From NCBI GenBank assembly GCA_039811985.1, contig JBDHZT010000005.1:3-64002 (forward strand): DNA of 64,000 nt, in the 5' to 3' direction. This document shows positions 1 to 11,181 of this stretch, piece by piece (the first letter of the stretch is position 1; each line of letters begins with the position of its first letter). This stretch comes from Nocardioidaceae bacterium. GTDB lineage: Bacteria; Actinomycetota; Actinomycetes; Propionibacteriales; Nocardioidaceae. Position numbers and translations under genes: made by a program. Below the pieces are notes generated by a model. It searched no databases. It worked only from the letters and a program-made list of their open reading frames with translations, and had not been told where the DNA came from.

Positions 1-1
1 C

Positions 2-130
2 GACCTGGTGGACAACCCGTTGATCTTCCCCGACGGCTCGATCAACGAAGTGAGCTACCTCTTCCCGAATCTGCCGATCGAGATGTTCGACCGGGTCTCG
101 CAGAGCTTCGCAGAGATCGCCGGGACCTAG
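2..130 (+). CDS. 3' end of a gene truncated by the window edge, possibly a polyamine-type ABC substrate-binding protein
   Basis: Open frame DLVDNPLIFPDGSINEVSYLFPNLPIEMFDRVSQSFAEIAGT* ending TAG at 128-130; NPLIFP resembles PotD-family C-termini. Confidence 0.4.
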   Translation, partial: DLVDNPLIFPDGSINEVSYLFPNLPIEMFDRVSQSFAEIAGT

Positions 131-217
131 CGACCACATCGAGCGAGTCCGCTCGCGGAAAGGACCTGCGGGCCACTACGTTGAGGACATCTCGTTTCTC
201 GACCACAGGAGTCTGCG

Positions 218-991
218 ATGTCGATGAACCCGCCTCCCCCCCCCCCCCCCCCCCCACCTCCTCCGCCGCCATCTTCGGCTGGAGCCAGTCCGACCGGCTA
301 CAGCGCGGGCCAGGCCTGGAGCTACGGCTGGAACAAGTTCACCAAGCACCTAGGCCAGATCATGGTCGCCGTGATCGTGCTGGTGGCCGTGATGCTGGTT
401 CTGCAGGGCATCGGCTTCTTCATCGCGAGAGCGGTGTCTTGCGACCCGACCGCGACCTTGACGGACAACGGCATCCGGGTCGAGACCTGCAACCGGGGCT
501 TCTTCAGCGCCGGCAACATCGTGCAGTGGCTGTTCAGTCTGCTGTCGTGGATCGTCTCGTTCGTCATCAGCGCCGGCCTGGTCCGCGGTGCGCTCACCAT
601 CGTGGACGGTCGTGACCTCGACCCGAAGACACTGCTGACCCCACACCGGCTGCCCGAGGTGATCGTCGCCTCGATCCTGACCAGCATCGCCACTTTCATC
701 GGGTTGGCGCTGTGCGTCATCCCGGGTCTGATCATCTCGTTCTTGTTGTCCTACACGCTCTACTTCTTGATGGACCGTGACGACATGAGCGTCGGCGACG
801 CGATCAGGGCCAGCTTCGAGTTCACCACGAAGAATCTCGGCAACGTGGTGCTCTGGTTCCTGCTCAGTCTCGTGACCGCCATCGTCGGTGCACTGTTGTG
901 CGGCATCGGCCTGCTCGCGGCGATTCCGGTCATCCTGATCGGCACGGCGTACACCTACCGCAGCCTCAGCGGGCGGCCCGTCGCCCCCTGA
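218..991 (+). CDS. Proline-rich integral membrane protein (DUF975-like)
   Basis: RBS-like AGGAG upstream; N-terminal poly-Pro, then several hydrophobic helices and an internal repeated 'YGW/FEF..K.LG' pattern. Confidence 0.8.
   Translation: MSMNPPPPPPPPPPPPPPSSAGASPTGYSAGQAWSYGWNKFTKHLGQIMVAVIVLVAVMLVLQGIGFFIARAVSCDPTATLTDNGIRVETCNRGFFSAGNIVQWLFSLLSWIVSFVISAGLVRGALTIVDGRDLDPKTLLTPHRLPEVIVASILTSIATFIGLALCVIPGLIISFLLSYTLYFLMDRDDMSVGDAIRASFEFTTKNLGNVVLWFLLSLVTAIVGALLCGIGLLAAIPVILIGTAYTYRSLSGRPVAP
236..255 (+). repeat. Poly-C homopolymer (20 C) inside the CDS
   Basis: C236-C255 uninterrupted; encodes part of the poly-Pro stretch. Confidence 0.95.
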
Positions 992-1013
992 TCGGTGAGC
1001 CGAAGCATCACTC

Positions 1014-1050
1014 ACAGCCACCCCCCGCCCTAGGGTTGGGGGGTGGCTGT
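1014..1050. terminator. 13-bp perfect inverted repeat (terminator-like) that overlaps the next gene's -10 element and start codon
   Basis: ACAGCCACCCCCC (1014-1026) / GGGGGGTGGCTGT (1038-1050). Confidence 0.6.
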
Positions 1051-1537
1051 TGTTCCAACCCTGCGACCCGCCGGACCCGAGGACGTCGAGGTGGTCGCAG
1101 CGGTGTTCCACCGCGGCTGGCACGATGCGCACCCCGGTCTGGTCCCCGACGGCCTCACCGAGCGGCGTACTCCTGAGTCGTTCCTCGAGCGGGTCACGCG
1201 CCGCATCGTCGAGACCGAGGAGACGACGGTCGCCGAGGTCGACGGCCGGATCGCCGGGTTCATCATGGTGCACGACGACGAGGCCGAGCAGGTCTACGTC
1301 GACCGGGACTTCCGGGGCACCGGGGTCGCCGCGCTCCTCCTGACCGAGGCCGAACGGCAGGTCGCCGAGGCGGGGCACGAGGTTGCCTGGCTCGCGGTCG
1401 TGCGCGGGAACGAGCGCGCGCAGGCGTTCTACGCCAAGCAGGGCTGGGTGGACGACGGTGACGTGGACTATCAGGTCACGGCGCTCGGCGAGCAGTTCGT
1501 CTCCCCGTGCCGGCGCTACGTCAAACGGGTCCGGTGA
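1043..1537 (+). CDS. GNAT family N-acetyltransferase
   Basis: Motif A YVDRDFRGTGVA; C-terminal N.RA..FY.K.GW; GTG start 6 nt after TAGGGT. Confidence 0.85.
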   Translation: MAVVPTLRPAGPEDVEVVAAVFHRGWHDAHPGLVPDGLTERRTPESFLERVTRRIVETEETTVAEVDGRIAGFIMVHDDEAEQVYVDRDFRGTGVAALLLTEAERQVAEAGHEVAWLAVVRGNERAQAFYAKQGWVDDGDVDYQVTALGEQFVSPCRRYVKRVR

Positions 1538-1540
1538 CGC

Positions 1541-2692
1541 GTGCGGGTCATCGTCGTGGGCGCGGGCGCCTGGGGACTGTCCGCCGCAGCCGAGCTCGCC
1601 CGACGGGGCCACCGAGTGACCCTGGTCGACCGCTACGGCCCCGGCAACTCGTTGTCGTCATCGAGCGGCCCGACGCGGCTGTGGCGGATCGCCGACCCCC
1701 TCCCTGCTGCGGTGCGTCTTGGCCGGCGCAGTGTCGCGGCAATGGACCGGCTCTCGCGTGAGGGCAGTGCGGAGCTGCGGGTGCAGCAGGGGATGCTCTG
1801 GCGAGACACCGAGGCAGCGCTCACCGAGCTCAAGGTGGTGCTCGACACCGAGCGGGTCGAGCTCACCGAGGTGGACGCCGATGATGTGGGGCGCTTCCTG
1901 CCGATCCTGCGACCCGACCACCGGCCGGCGCTGTGGCTCCCGGAGGCAGGCTCGCTGCTGTCGGGCGCCCTCTTGGCGACCTACCAGCGGATTCTCGCCC
2001 AGCACGGGGCAGAAACGATGTACGGCGGTGAGGTCGCCTCGGTCGACCCCGACGCCGTTCCCGTCAGGGTGAGCCTCACCGACGGTCGCAGGCTTACGGC
2101 CGATCGGGTGGTGCTGTGCCCCGGACCGGGCGCCCCCGCGTTGCTGGGGTGCCTCGGCTTGGAGGTGCCGTTGCAGCCGTTTGCCGAGCAGGTCGTCCAC
2201 CTCGGCGACGGGGGCGCCTCAGATCGGTACGACGACCTGCCCTGCCTGATCGACGGCCCGACCGAGACGGACCCGGCGGTGTATGCCATGCCCACGCCGG
2301 GTGTCGGCTACAAGATCGGTCTGGACGATCCACTTCGTGCGCTCACCACCGCTGACGTCGACCGGACCCCCCATCCCGGGCTCACAGTGCGAATCAGCGA
2401 CTATGCCCGGCGGGCCATGCCGAGGCTGGGCACCTCCCTGGTGGACGAGCTCGTCTGCTCGTGGACCGACTCCCCCGACGGATGGTTCGTCGTCGACCGC
2501 GTCGGCGGCGCCGTGCTGGCATGCGGCGACTCGGGCAAGGGTTTCAAGTACTCCGCCGCTATGGGCGAGGTCCTGTCGGACCTGGCCGAGGACGCCGAGC
2601 CCCACCCCGACGTGGCAGCGATGTCGGCGACCCGGTTCGCCGAGACCTCACGGCCCGACGCATGGACACCCACGGCGCTCGGGGCGGGCTGA
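1541..2692 (+). CDS. FAD-dependent oxidoreductase, monomeric sarcosine oxidase / SolA-like
   Basis: GAGAWG Rossmann motif, SSSGPTRLWR, C.WT.SPDG (MSOX covalent-FAD Cys position) and SGKGFKY. Confidence 0.85.
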   Translation: MRVIVVGAGAWGLSAAAELARRGHRVTLVDRYGPGNSLSSSSGPTRLWRIADPLPAAVRLGRRSVAAMDRLSREGSAELRVQQGMLWRDTEAALTELKVVLDTERVELTEVDADDVGRFLPILRPDHRPALWLPEAGSLLSGALLATYQRILAQHGAETMYGGEVASVDPDAVPVRVSLTDGRRLTADRVVLCPGPGAPALLGCLGLEVPLQPFAEQVVHLGDGGASDRYDDLPCLIDGPTETDPAVYAMPTPGVGYKIGLDDPLRALTTADVDRTPHPGLTVRISDYARRAMPRLGTSLVDELVCSWTDSPDGWFVVDRVGGAVLACGDSGKGFKYSAAMGEVLSDLAEDAEPHPDVAAMSATRFAETSRPDAWTPTALGAG

Positions 2693-2762
2693 CCCCCTGA
2701 GCAGTCCGGGATCTGAGACCGGCGGTTGACCGACCCGACTGGGGAAGGTCGACTAGAGCAAT

Positions 2763-2790
2763 TCATCAGATGACTCAGAGGACTCAGATG
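2763..2790 (+). promoter_or_regulatory. Candidate FadR autoregulatory operator
   Basis: Palindrome TCATC-A-GATGA (2763-2773) plus 9-bp direct repeats TCAGATGAC/TCAGAGGAC/TCAGATGTT over the start codon. Confidence 0.4.
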
Positions 2791-3570
2791 TTTGAGCCGG
2801 GACAGTCGCGTGCGGACGCGGTGGCGCAGGAGATGCTCGCCCGTCTTCTCGACGGTGGGCTGGCTGCCGAACGGCGGCTACCGCCCGAGCCCACCCTGGC
2901 CGAGATGTTCGGCGTCAGCCGGCTCACCGTGCGCGAGGCGGTCAAGCTGATGGCGGCTCGGGGCGTGCTCGAGGTCCGCCAGGGCTCAGGCACCACGGTG
3001 CGACCGATCGAGGACTGGACCTTACTCGACCCCTACGTCTTACTAGCCCGCGCCCGCTACGACGAGGATGCTGCACTCGAACTGGCCCGCAACTTCCTGG
3101 AGGCGCGACGGACCATCGAGTCCAGCGTCGCTCGCCTTGCCACGCCCAGGATCGACGAGGCCACCCTGGCTGCACTCGCCGACGACCTGGACCAGATGCG
3201 CGAGGCGAGCGACGGAACTCCGGACGTCTCCTCCTTCGTGGATGCCGACATCGAGTTCCACCACCGGATCATGCAGTCTGCCCGCAACGCCTTCCTCGGA
3301 GTGATGTTCGATCCATTCGCCGACATCTTGCACCTGACCCGGACCCAGACCTCCGTGCATGCTCCGATTCGGGCTCACGCCATCCGCGACCACCAGAAGA
3401 TTCTGGATGCGCTGCGGTCCGGCGACCCGCGTCTGGCCGAAGAGGCCATGAACGAACACCTGCTGCAGACCGAGCGGGACGTCGACACCTACGTAGGTGG
3501 TCCCCTTGCGCTTCTCCTGACCGCCGATCCCGTCGGCGGACGCACCCAACGCCGGCGAAGGAGCCGATGA
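2770..3570 (+). CDS. GntR family, FadR subfamily transcriptional regulator
   Basis: wHTH LPPE..LAEMFGVSR.TVREA..L...G; FCD domain with D..FH..I...A.N and H..I..A. Confidence 0.92.
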   Translation: MTQRTQMFEPGQSRADAVAQEMLARLLDGGLAAERRLPPEPTLAEMFGVSRLTVREAVKLMAARGVLEVRQGSGTTVRPIEDWTLLDPYVLLARARYDEDAALELARNFLEARRTIESSVARLATPRIDEATLAALADDLDQMREASDGTPDVSSFVDADIEFHHRIMQSARNAFLGVMFDPFADILHLTRTQTSVHAPIRAHAIRDHQKILDALRSGDPRLAEEAMNEHLLQTERDVDTYVGGPLALLLTADPVGGRTQRRRRSR

Positions 3571-5022
3571 ATGACCCTGGACCACGAGGAGATCGCCTAC
3601 CTGCCCGCCACTGAGGTGCTGGCTGCGTTCCGACGGGAGGACCTGACACCGGTGGACTATCTCGGCGTCCTGCTCGAGCGCATCCAAGACGCTGCCGACA
3701 TCAACGCATTCGCTGCGGTCTACACCGACGACGCCATGGCCGAAGCGGAGCGGGCGACCGAGGTCTACCGCGCGCGTCCCGAACAGGCTCGGCGACTGGA
3801 GGGGCTGCCGGTCGCGATCAAGGACGAGACGCCGGTCGCTGGTCGGGTGACCACCGAGGGCACCCTGCTCCATGACGGTCACCTCGACGATGAGGACGCG
3901 GTGGTCGTGGCTCGAATGCGGCAGGCGGGGGCGATCGTCTTCGCACGCACGACGACACCGGAGTTCTGCGTGGCCCCGTTCACCCACTCCCGGGTCTGGG
4001 GTGTGACCCGCAACCCTTGGAGCCGAGAGTTCAGCCCCGGTGGCTCTTCCGGTGGCGCTGGCGCAGCGCTATCGGCCGGGCTCACTCCGATCGCAGACGG
4101 CTCCGACATCGGCGGCAGCATCCGGATCCCAGCCAGCTTCTGCGGCGTCGTCGGCTACAAGCCCCCATACGGCCGCGTCCCGGGTGTGCCGCCGTACAAC
4201 CTCGACCACTACTGCCACCAAGGACCCATGGCCCGTACGGTCGCCGATTGCGCGCTGCTGGCCGACGTGATGGCCGGGCCGGACCCTCTCGACCCGGCCA
4301 CGGTGCCGGGGACGGTCACCGTCAGCGGCGCGACTGCCGATCTGTCGAGCCTCCGGATCGCGGTCAGCGAGGACCTCGGAGGGTTCGATGTCGACGACGA
4401 GATCCGCGCAGCCGTCCAGACTGCAGCGCACCGGTTCGCCGACCTCGGCGCGACCGTGACCCCGGTCGATGTCGGCTGGACCTTCGACCAGGTGCAACAG
4501 GCCGCGCGGGCGCACTTCGGTGGCATCTTCGGCGCCCAGGTCCGCGAGTACGCAACCCAGCACGGCGACCGCCTGACGGCCTACGCCAAGGATTTCCCTC
4601 GTGTGCTGCCCGACGAACCCAGTGCCTACCTGCACGGCCTGGAGATCGAGTCCGAGATCCACGCGGGCCTGGCAGAGATCTACGCCGACCACGACCTGCT
4701 CATCGCGCCGGCCCTGGCCACCACCGGGTTCATTGCCGGTGAGGACTACGTGGACACCCGCCCTGGGGCCAACGGCCGGGAGGTGGACCACTTCATGGAC
4801 ACCTTGCCCACCCTCGTCTTCAACATCGCCTCACGCTGCCCCGTGCTGGTAGTCCCGGTGGCGCGCGCCAGCAACGGCGTGCCGATCGGCATCCAGATCG
4901 CCGGTCGGCCGTACGACGACCCGACTGTCTTCGCTGCGGCCGCCGCCTTCGAGCGACAGCAGCCCTGGTACGCCTCCCCCGCGCACCGCCCGACGCTTCC
5001 ACACGACAGGACCGCCCGATGA
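3571..5022 (+). CDS. Amidase (amidase-signature family)
   Basis: AIKD catalytic Lys, PGGSSGG, GSDIGGSIRIPASFCG. Confidence 0.93.
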   Translation: MTLDHEEIAYLPATEVLAAFRREDLTPVDYLGVLLERIQDAADINAFAAVYTDDAMAEAERATEVYRARPEQARRLEGLPVAIKDETPVAGRVTTEGTLLHDGHLDDEDAVVVARMRQAGAIVFARTTTPEFCVAPFTHSRVWGVTRNPWSREFSPGGSSGGAGAALSAGLTPIADGSDIGGSIRIPASFCGVVGYKPPYGRVPGVPPYNLDHYCHQGPMARTVADCALLADVMAGPDPLDPATVPGTVTVSGATADLSSLRIAVSEDLGGFDVDDEIRAAVQTAAHRFADLGATVTPVDVGWTFDQVQQAARAHFGGIFGAQVREYATQHGDRLTAYAKDFPRVLPDEPSAYLHGLEIESEIHAGLAEIYADHDLLIAPALATTGFIAGEDYVDTRPGANGREVDHFMDTLPTLVFNIASRCPVLVVPVARASNGVPIGIQIAGRPYDDPTVFAAAAAFERQQPWYASPAHRPTLPHDRTAR

Positions 5023-6243
5023 CCTTCACCGCTGACGACCTCGCTGGCTTCGTGCTCGCCGAGAAGGCACGGGAGCGGGAGAAGCCCTTCGAGCTGCCGT
5101 TCACCCGAGAGGAGTACGCCGCCCGCCAGGCGCGGACCCGGACGATGGCGGCGGAGGCGGGCATCGACCTGCTGCTGGTCACCTCGCCGGAAGGCATCGC
5201 CTGGTTGACCGGGCATGCGCTGCGCTGGAACAAGGCCCAGTCGACCACCTCCTGGCCGGGTGTGCAGGCCGTGGCCCTACATGTGGACCATGACCAGCCG
5301 ATCCTGTTCGAAACGGCCGAGCACGAGTTGATGATCGCCACCCGCTCCGCGGTGGAGGACTACCGCCTCTCTGCGGACGAGTCGCTGGCAGGCATGCTCG
5401 GCCTGGTCTTCGGCGAGCTCGGCAAGAGCGGCTGGCTGGGTGGGACGGTCGGAGTGGAGCGATGGAGCTACATCCCCAACCGAGCGGTCGGAGTCGCCGT
5501 CGAGCAACGCCTGATCGACGCCGGTTGCACCGTGGTCGACGCGAGCCTGATGGTGCGCGCCGCCCGCCGACGCAAGTCCGCTCAGGAACTCGTCTACATC
5601 GAGCAGGCGGCCCGGGTCTGCGACGCCGGCCTCGCCGCACTCGAGCAGGCCATCGGACCGGGCGTCACCGAGATCGAGCTCTGGTCGGAGATGATGCGCG
5701 GCATGGTGGCCGCCGGCGGTGAACCCGCCGCGCTGCATGAGACGGTCGCCATTGGACCGGTCGACCTCGGACACGCCTTCTCCGGGCACCGGGCCCTGCG
5801 ACCGGGCGACTACGTCTGGGCCGACCCGTGCGGAGTGGTCAACCACTACCACGCCAACGTCGCGACGACCTGGTACCTCGGCGAGGCCCCACCCGAAGCA
5901 TTGCGCATCAGCGAGATCCAAGCGGGTGGCTTCGATGCCCTCGCGGCGTGCGCCCGCGCGGGCGTCACCGTCCAAGAGGTCAACCACACGCTGCTCGACT
6001 ACTACCAGCAGGCCGGAGTCTGGTCCGTCCACAACTGGACCGGCGGCTATGAGCTGGGTATCGCCTTCCCGCCCGACTGGGTCGGCGAGTTCCTATTCAG
6101 CCTCGACGACCCCGATGCGCCGGGAGTCTTCGAGGACGGTTTGGTCACCAACTTCGAGAGCGTCGTCAACTTTGCCATGATCGACACCGTCGTCTTTGAG
6201 ACCGACGGCATCCGTTTCCTCTCGGGACGGCCCCACCAGGTCA

Positions 6244-6257
<14 letters not shown>
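5019..6257 (+). CDS. M24 / creatinase fold hydrolase, DoeA (ectoine hydrolase)-like
   Basis: PFTREEYAAR...GIDLLLVT, RRRKS..EL, GYELG..FPPDW; several prolidase metal ligands are not recognisable. Confidence 0.8.
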
Positions 6258-7364
<1,107 letters not shown>

Positions 7365-7368
<4 letters not shown>

Positions 7369-8528
7369 CCCCTGCGAACCCCGGCGCACGCCGGCTCGTG
7401 CGACCGACAACCACAGTCCTGACCCGGCGAGGTCTGCTCGGAGGTGCTGCCGGTCTGCTCGCGCTCAGCGCGTGCGGCAACGAGGCGACCAAGCCGAGCA
7501 CCAAGACGGCGAGCAGCCTCAAGCCCGACGGCGATCTCAACCTGTTCACCTACGCCGACTACGTGCCCAAGAAGGTGCTCTCCGGCTTCGAGGAGACCTA
7601 TGGAGTCAAGGTCAACCAGACCTACTTCTCCACCGGGGAGGAGATGATCGCGAAGCTGGTCGCCAAGCAGCCCTTCGACATCGCGTTCGCGCCCTCGGAG
7701 CGGATCCATCGGATGGTCCAAGCAGGGCTGCTCCAGCGCGTCGACCACGACGCGATGAAGAACTACGACGAAGTGCTCCCAGCCTTCCACACCCCGCCCT
7801 ACAACCCCGGCGACGATGCTGCCAACAAGGAGATCGCGCCCTACGTCGGAGCGCCGTACGCCACCGGAGGCGTCGGTCTTGCCTGGCGCAAGGACCGGGT
7901 CACCAAGATGACCGGCAGCTTCAACGACCTCTGGGATGCCACCGAGGCCGACGGTCACATCTATCTGTGGGACGACCTGGTCATCACCATGCAGATGACG
8001 CTGGTGCACCTCGGCATCAAACCGTCGGAGGCGACCCAAGACGACCTCGACCAGGCCGCGGAGAGCATCCGAGGGATCCGGGCCAAGCTCGGCGGCTTCT
8101 CCGGAGTCGACACCCAGATGATCCAGAACGGTCAAGCCTGGCTGACACCCGCCTATGCCGGCGACATGTTCCTCGTGCTCAGCTCCGTCTCCGATCCCGA
8201 CAACTGGGGCTTCCAGATGAACAAGGAGAGCGCTCTCTTCAACGCCGACAACATGGTGGTTCCCGCGACCTCTGAGCATCCGGGCACGGCGTTGACCTTC
8301 ATCGACTACATCCTCCGGCCCGACGTGATGAAGAAGGTCGTCAACTACATCGGGTATCCCATCCCCACCACGACCGGCATGGCGACCTACCAGAAGCTGA
8401 CCCAGGCCTACCCCTGGCTGGCCTTCGACGACGCTCTGTTCGAGCAGCCCGACCAGTGGATCACACCGATCCCCGACGACGAGTTCGCGATGTGGCAGAA
8501 GGCCTGGGCCAAGGCCAAGCTCGACTGA
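7365..8528 (+). CDS. Polyamine-type ABC substrate-binding lipoprotein, PotD-like
   Basis: Tat-like RRGLL and lipobox LSAC; Y.DY.P, YATG..G, W.D. Confidence 0.88.
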
Positions 8529-8531
8529 CCG

Positions 8532-9389
8532 ATGAGTGCTCGCACGCTGCCCTGGCGCCTGGCTGCCCTCCCCGGGACAGCCTGGTTGGTGCTGCTCTAT
8601 GTCGTGCCGCTCGGGCTGTTGGTCGCCGCGGCCTTCTCGCAGCCCGACATCGTCGGCCACCCCGTCTTCGGCGCGTGGACCCGCTCCAACTTCGATGCTG
8701 TCTTCTCGTCGATGTACGGCCGAGTGCTGTGGCGGACCTTGTGGGTCTCGGCGCTCACCTCGGTGGCCTGCCTGATCGTCGGCTACTGCGTTGCCTACAC
8801 GATCAGCACGTACGGCGGCCGTTTCAAGACACTGCTCGTCGCCGCCGTGCTCTTGCCGTGGCTGGTGGACTATCTGATCCGGATCTATGCCTGGCTCCAG
8901 CTGCTTTCCGACGACGGCCCGTTCGTGCGGTTGGCGCATCAGCTCAACGTCCTGCCCGAACACACCTCACTGCTCGGGACGCAGACGGCGGTGATCATCG
9001 GGCTGGTCTACAACTTCCTGCCCTTCGCGGTGCTCCCGATCTTCACCGCGCTGGAAGGAATCGACCGTAGCCAGATCGAGGCGGCTCGGGACCTGTTCGC
9101 CACTCCGTCCGGCGCGTTCCGTTTCGTGGTCCTCCCGGCCACCCTGGCAGGCTGCGTGTCCGCGTTCATGATCGTCTTCCTCCTGACCTTCGGGGACTTC
9201 GCGACCGCGCAGGTGCTCGGCGGACCCGGCCAGATCATGCTCGGGCAGGTGATCCAAGACGAGTTCACCGGCGTCGGCCTCCTGCCCGCCGGCGCCGCCA
9301 CCACCTGCCAAGTCCTGGTGGTGGTGATCCTCCTGCTGGGTGGGCTCAGCTGGGCATCTTCACGGTTGGAGAGGAGGTTCGGCTCATGA
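8532..9389 (+). CDS. ABC permease, PotB-like
   Basis: Six TM helices; LPF.VLPIF..LE.ID...IEAARDL.A (EAA motif). Confidence 0.9.
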   Translation: MSARTLPWRLAALPGTAWLVLLYVVPLGLLVAAAFSQPDIVGHPVFGAWTRSNFDAVFSSMYGRVLWRTLWVSALTSVACLIVGYCVAYTISTYGGRFKTLLVAAVLLPWLVDYLIRIYAWLQLLSDDGPFVRLAHQLNVLPEHTSLLGTQTAVIIGLVYNFLPFAVLPIFTALEGIDRSQIEAARDLFATPSGAFRFVVLPATLAGCVSAFMIVFLLTFGDFATAQVLGGPGQIMLGQVIQDEFTGVGLLPAGAATTCQVLVVVILLLGGLSWASSRLERRFGS

Positions 9390-10216
9390 CTCGTCGGTTC
9401 CCCTGGCTTCTGGTCATCATTACGGGCCTGGTCTTCGCCTTTCTCTATGTGCCGATCGTCAACGTGGTGGTCTTCTCCTTCAACTCCACCCGTTCGATCG
9501 CGAGCTTCTCCGCGCCCAGCCTGCATTGGTATCGGACCGTCCTGGACAACCAGGACCTCCTCGCCTCGATCTGGCTGAGTATCAGGATCGCAACGGTCTG
9601 CGGCCTGGTCTCGGTCCTCATCGGCACCCTGCTAGCGCTCGGGCTCGCCAGAATGGGTCGACGTGAGGCAGCCGCACCCCAACTGATCCTGGGGTTGACC
9701 TTCACCACCCCGGAGATCGCGATGGGCGTCTCGATGCTGATGCTGTTCACGGCGCTCGGCACGGCGACCTCCGGCATCACCGTCACCATCGCCCACATCA
9801 CCTTCTCCCTCGCCTACGTCGTCTTCGTGGTGAGGGCGCGGTTGAGCGGTCTGCGCACCGATATCGAGGAGGCCGCCCGTGACCTCGGGGCGACGCAGTT
9901 CGGTGTGCTGCGACTGGTCATCCTGCCTCAGTTGTGGCCAGCGATGGCGGTCTCGTTCATCGTGGTCTTCCTCCTGTCCTTCGACGACTTCGTCGTCTCC
10001 TTCTTCACCACCGGGGTCGGCACTCCCCCGTTGCCGGTGCACATCTACGGGATGCTCAAGCGAGGCATCACGCCAGAGGTGAACGCCATCGGCACGCTCA
10101 TGCTGGTCGCTGCCCTCGTGCTGGCCGGCGTCGGCTACTACTTCTCCGCCCGCTCGGGCCGCCCGGCGGCCATCCTGTCCGCCGCCACCCGCAATGCCGA
10201 GGCGCTGGACGACTGA
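9386..10216 (+). CDS. ABC permease, PotC-like
   Basis: FLY.PI..VV.FSFN, IEEAARDLGA, SFDDF, TPEVNA. Confidence 0.92.
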   Translation: MTRRFPWLLVIITGLVFAFLYVPIVNVVVFSFNSTRSIASFSAPSLHWYRTVLDNQDLLASIWLSIRIATVCGLVSVLIGTLLALGLARMGRREAAAPQLILGLTFTTPEIAMGVSMLMLFTALGTATSGITVTIAHITFSLAYVVFVVRARLSGLRTDIEEAARDLGATQFGVLRLVILPQLWPAMAVSFIVVFLLSFDDFVVSFFTTGVGTPPLPVHIYGMLKRGITPEVNAIGTLMLVAALVLAGVGYYFSARSGRPAAILSAATRNAEALDD

Positions 10217-10231
10217 CAGCTCCGCACGCTC

Positions 10232-10289
10232 GCATCAGCAGGCATCAGCTGGCATCAGCTGGCATCAGCTGGCATCAGCTGGCATCAGC
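10232..10289 (+). repeat. Tandem 10-bp repeat (GGCATCAGCT) x6
   Basis: Four perfect units at 10241-10280 with imperfect first and last units. Confidence 0.95.
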
Positions 10290-11154
10290 GTGATCGTCTC
10301 TTAGCATCAGACTGACGCAGCGCCCTGCGCACCGCATCAAGGGCGTCTTCGTCAGGCGGGAGCCAGTCGACGGTGTCTAGTTCAGCGGGGTGAAGCCAAC
10401 GCAGCTGGTCGTGGTCTACGCTGGCGCACGGTTCACCGCTGACGAGGGAGGCGAGGTAGAGACGGAGCTCCAGACCCGGCGAGATGGGCCAGACCGGCTC
10501 GTCACCACCGATCTCGTCGACGATCGTGATCTCGACACCCAGCTCCTCGTGCACCTCACGAACAAGCGCGGCACGCAGCTCCTCACCAGGCTCGACCTTC
10601 CCACCGGGGAACTCCCACTGTCCCGCCAGCTCCCGCGGTCTGATTCGCCGCGCCGCTAGCACGTGCCCGTCGGCAACGATCACCGCGCCGACCACCGTCT
10701 GCGGGTGCGGAGCGGCCACCGCTCCTCGGCGGGTCAGCTGCAGATCACCCCATTCGTTCACTCCTGCGTCGACGAATCCCGCACGCCGAGCAAGGGCCAG
10801 GCTCGGGGCGTTGGCGGCGCCGATCGCAACCGAGAAGGTCATGCCTGGGCGGCTGGTCGTGAGCTTCTCGAGCGCGGCCAAGGCATGACCGCGACGTCGT
10901 ACCTCGGGTGCCACGAAGTAGGCGAGCCCGACGGTGCTGTCCTCGGGATTGTGGTCGGCGTCGACGAAACCGACGCGGTGCTCACCGGAGCAGATCATCA
11001 ACACCTCACGCTGCTCACCGAGCAGCGGCGGCAGCACCGTAGTGGCACGGCCGTAGAAGCCCCCGAACTCCGCCATCGCCACCGGACAGGACCGCACCGC
11101 CGACTCGATCCACAGCAGATCCTCCGTGGTCGCGGGCCGGAGCTCGACATCCAT
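10285..11154 (-). CDS. GNAT + NUDIX (MutT-like) fusion protein
   Basis: N-terminal Y.VAPE.RRRG.A...N..SL.LA.RAGF; C-terminal Nudix box GGKVEPGEELRAALVREVHEELG. Confidence 0.85.
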   Translation of the reverse strand: MDVELRPATTEDLLWIESAVRSCPVAMAEFGGFYGRATTVLPPLLGEQREVLMICSGEHRVGFVDADHNPEDSTVGLAYFVAPEVRRRGHALAALEKLTTSRPGMTFSVAIGAANAPSLALARRAGFVDAGVNEWGDLQLTRRGAVAAPHPQTVVGAVIVADGHVLAARRIRPRELAGQWEFPGGKVEPGEELRAALVREVHEELGVEITIVDEIGGDEPVWPISPGLELRLYLASLVSGEPCASVDHDQLRWLHPAELDTVDWLPPDEDALDAVRRALRQSDAKRRSR

Positions 11155-11181
11155 CCCGCCACAGTAGGGCCGCCCGACAGG

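Noticed and set aside
11161-11179. Fourth PafBC box upstream of GNAT-NUDIX (TGTCGG...TACTGT)
   Set aside because: Spacer is 7 nt rather than the required 10.
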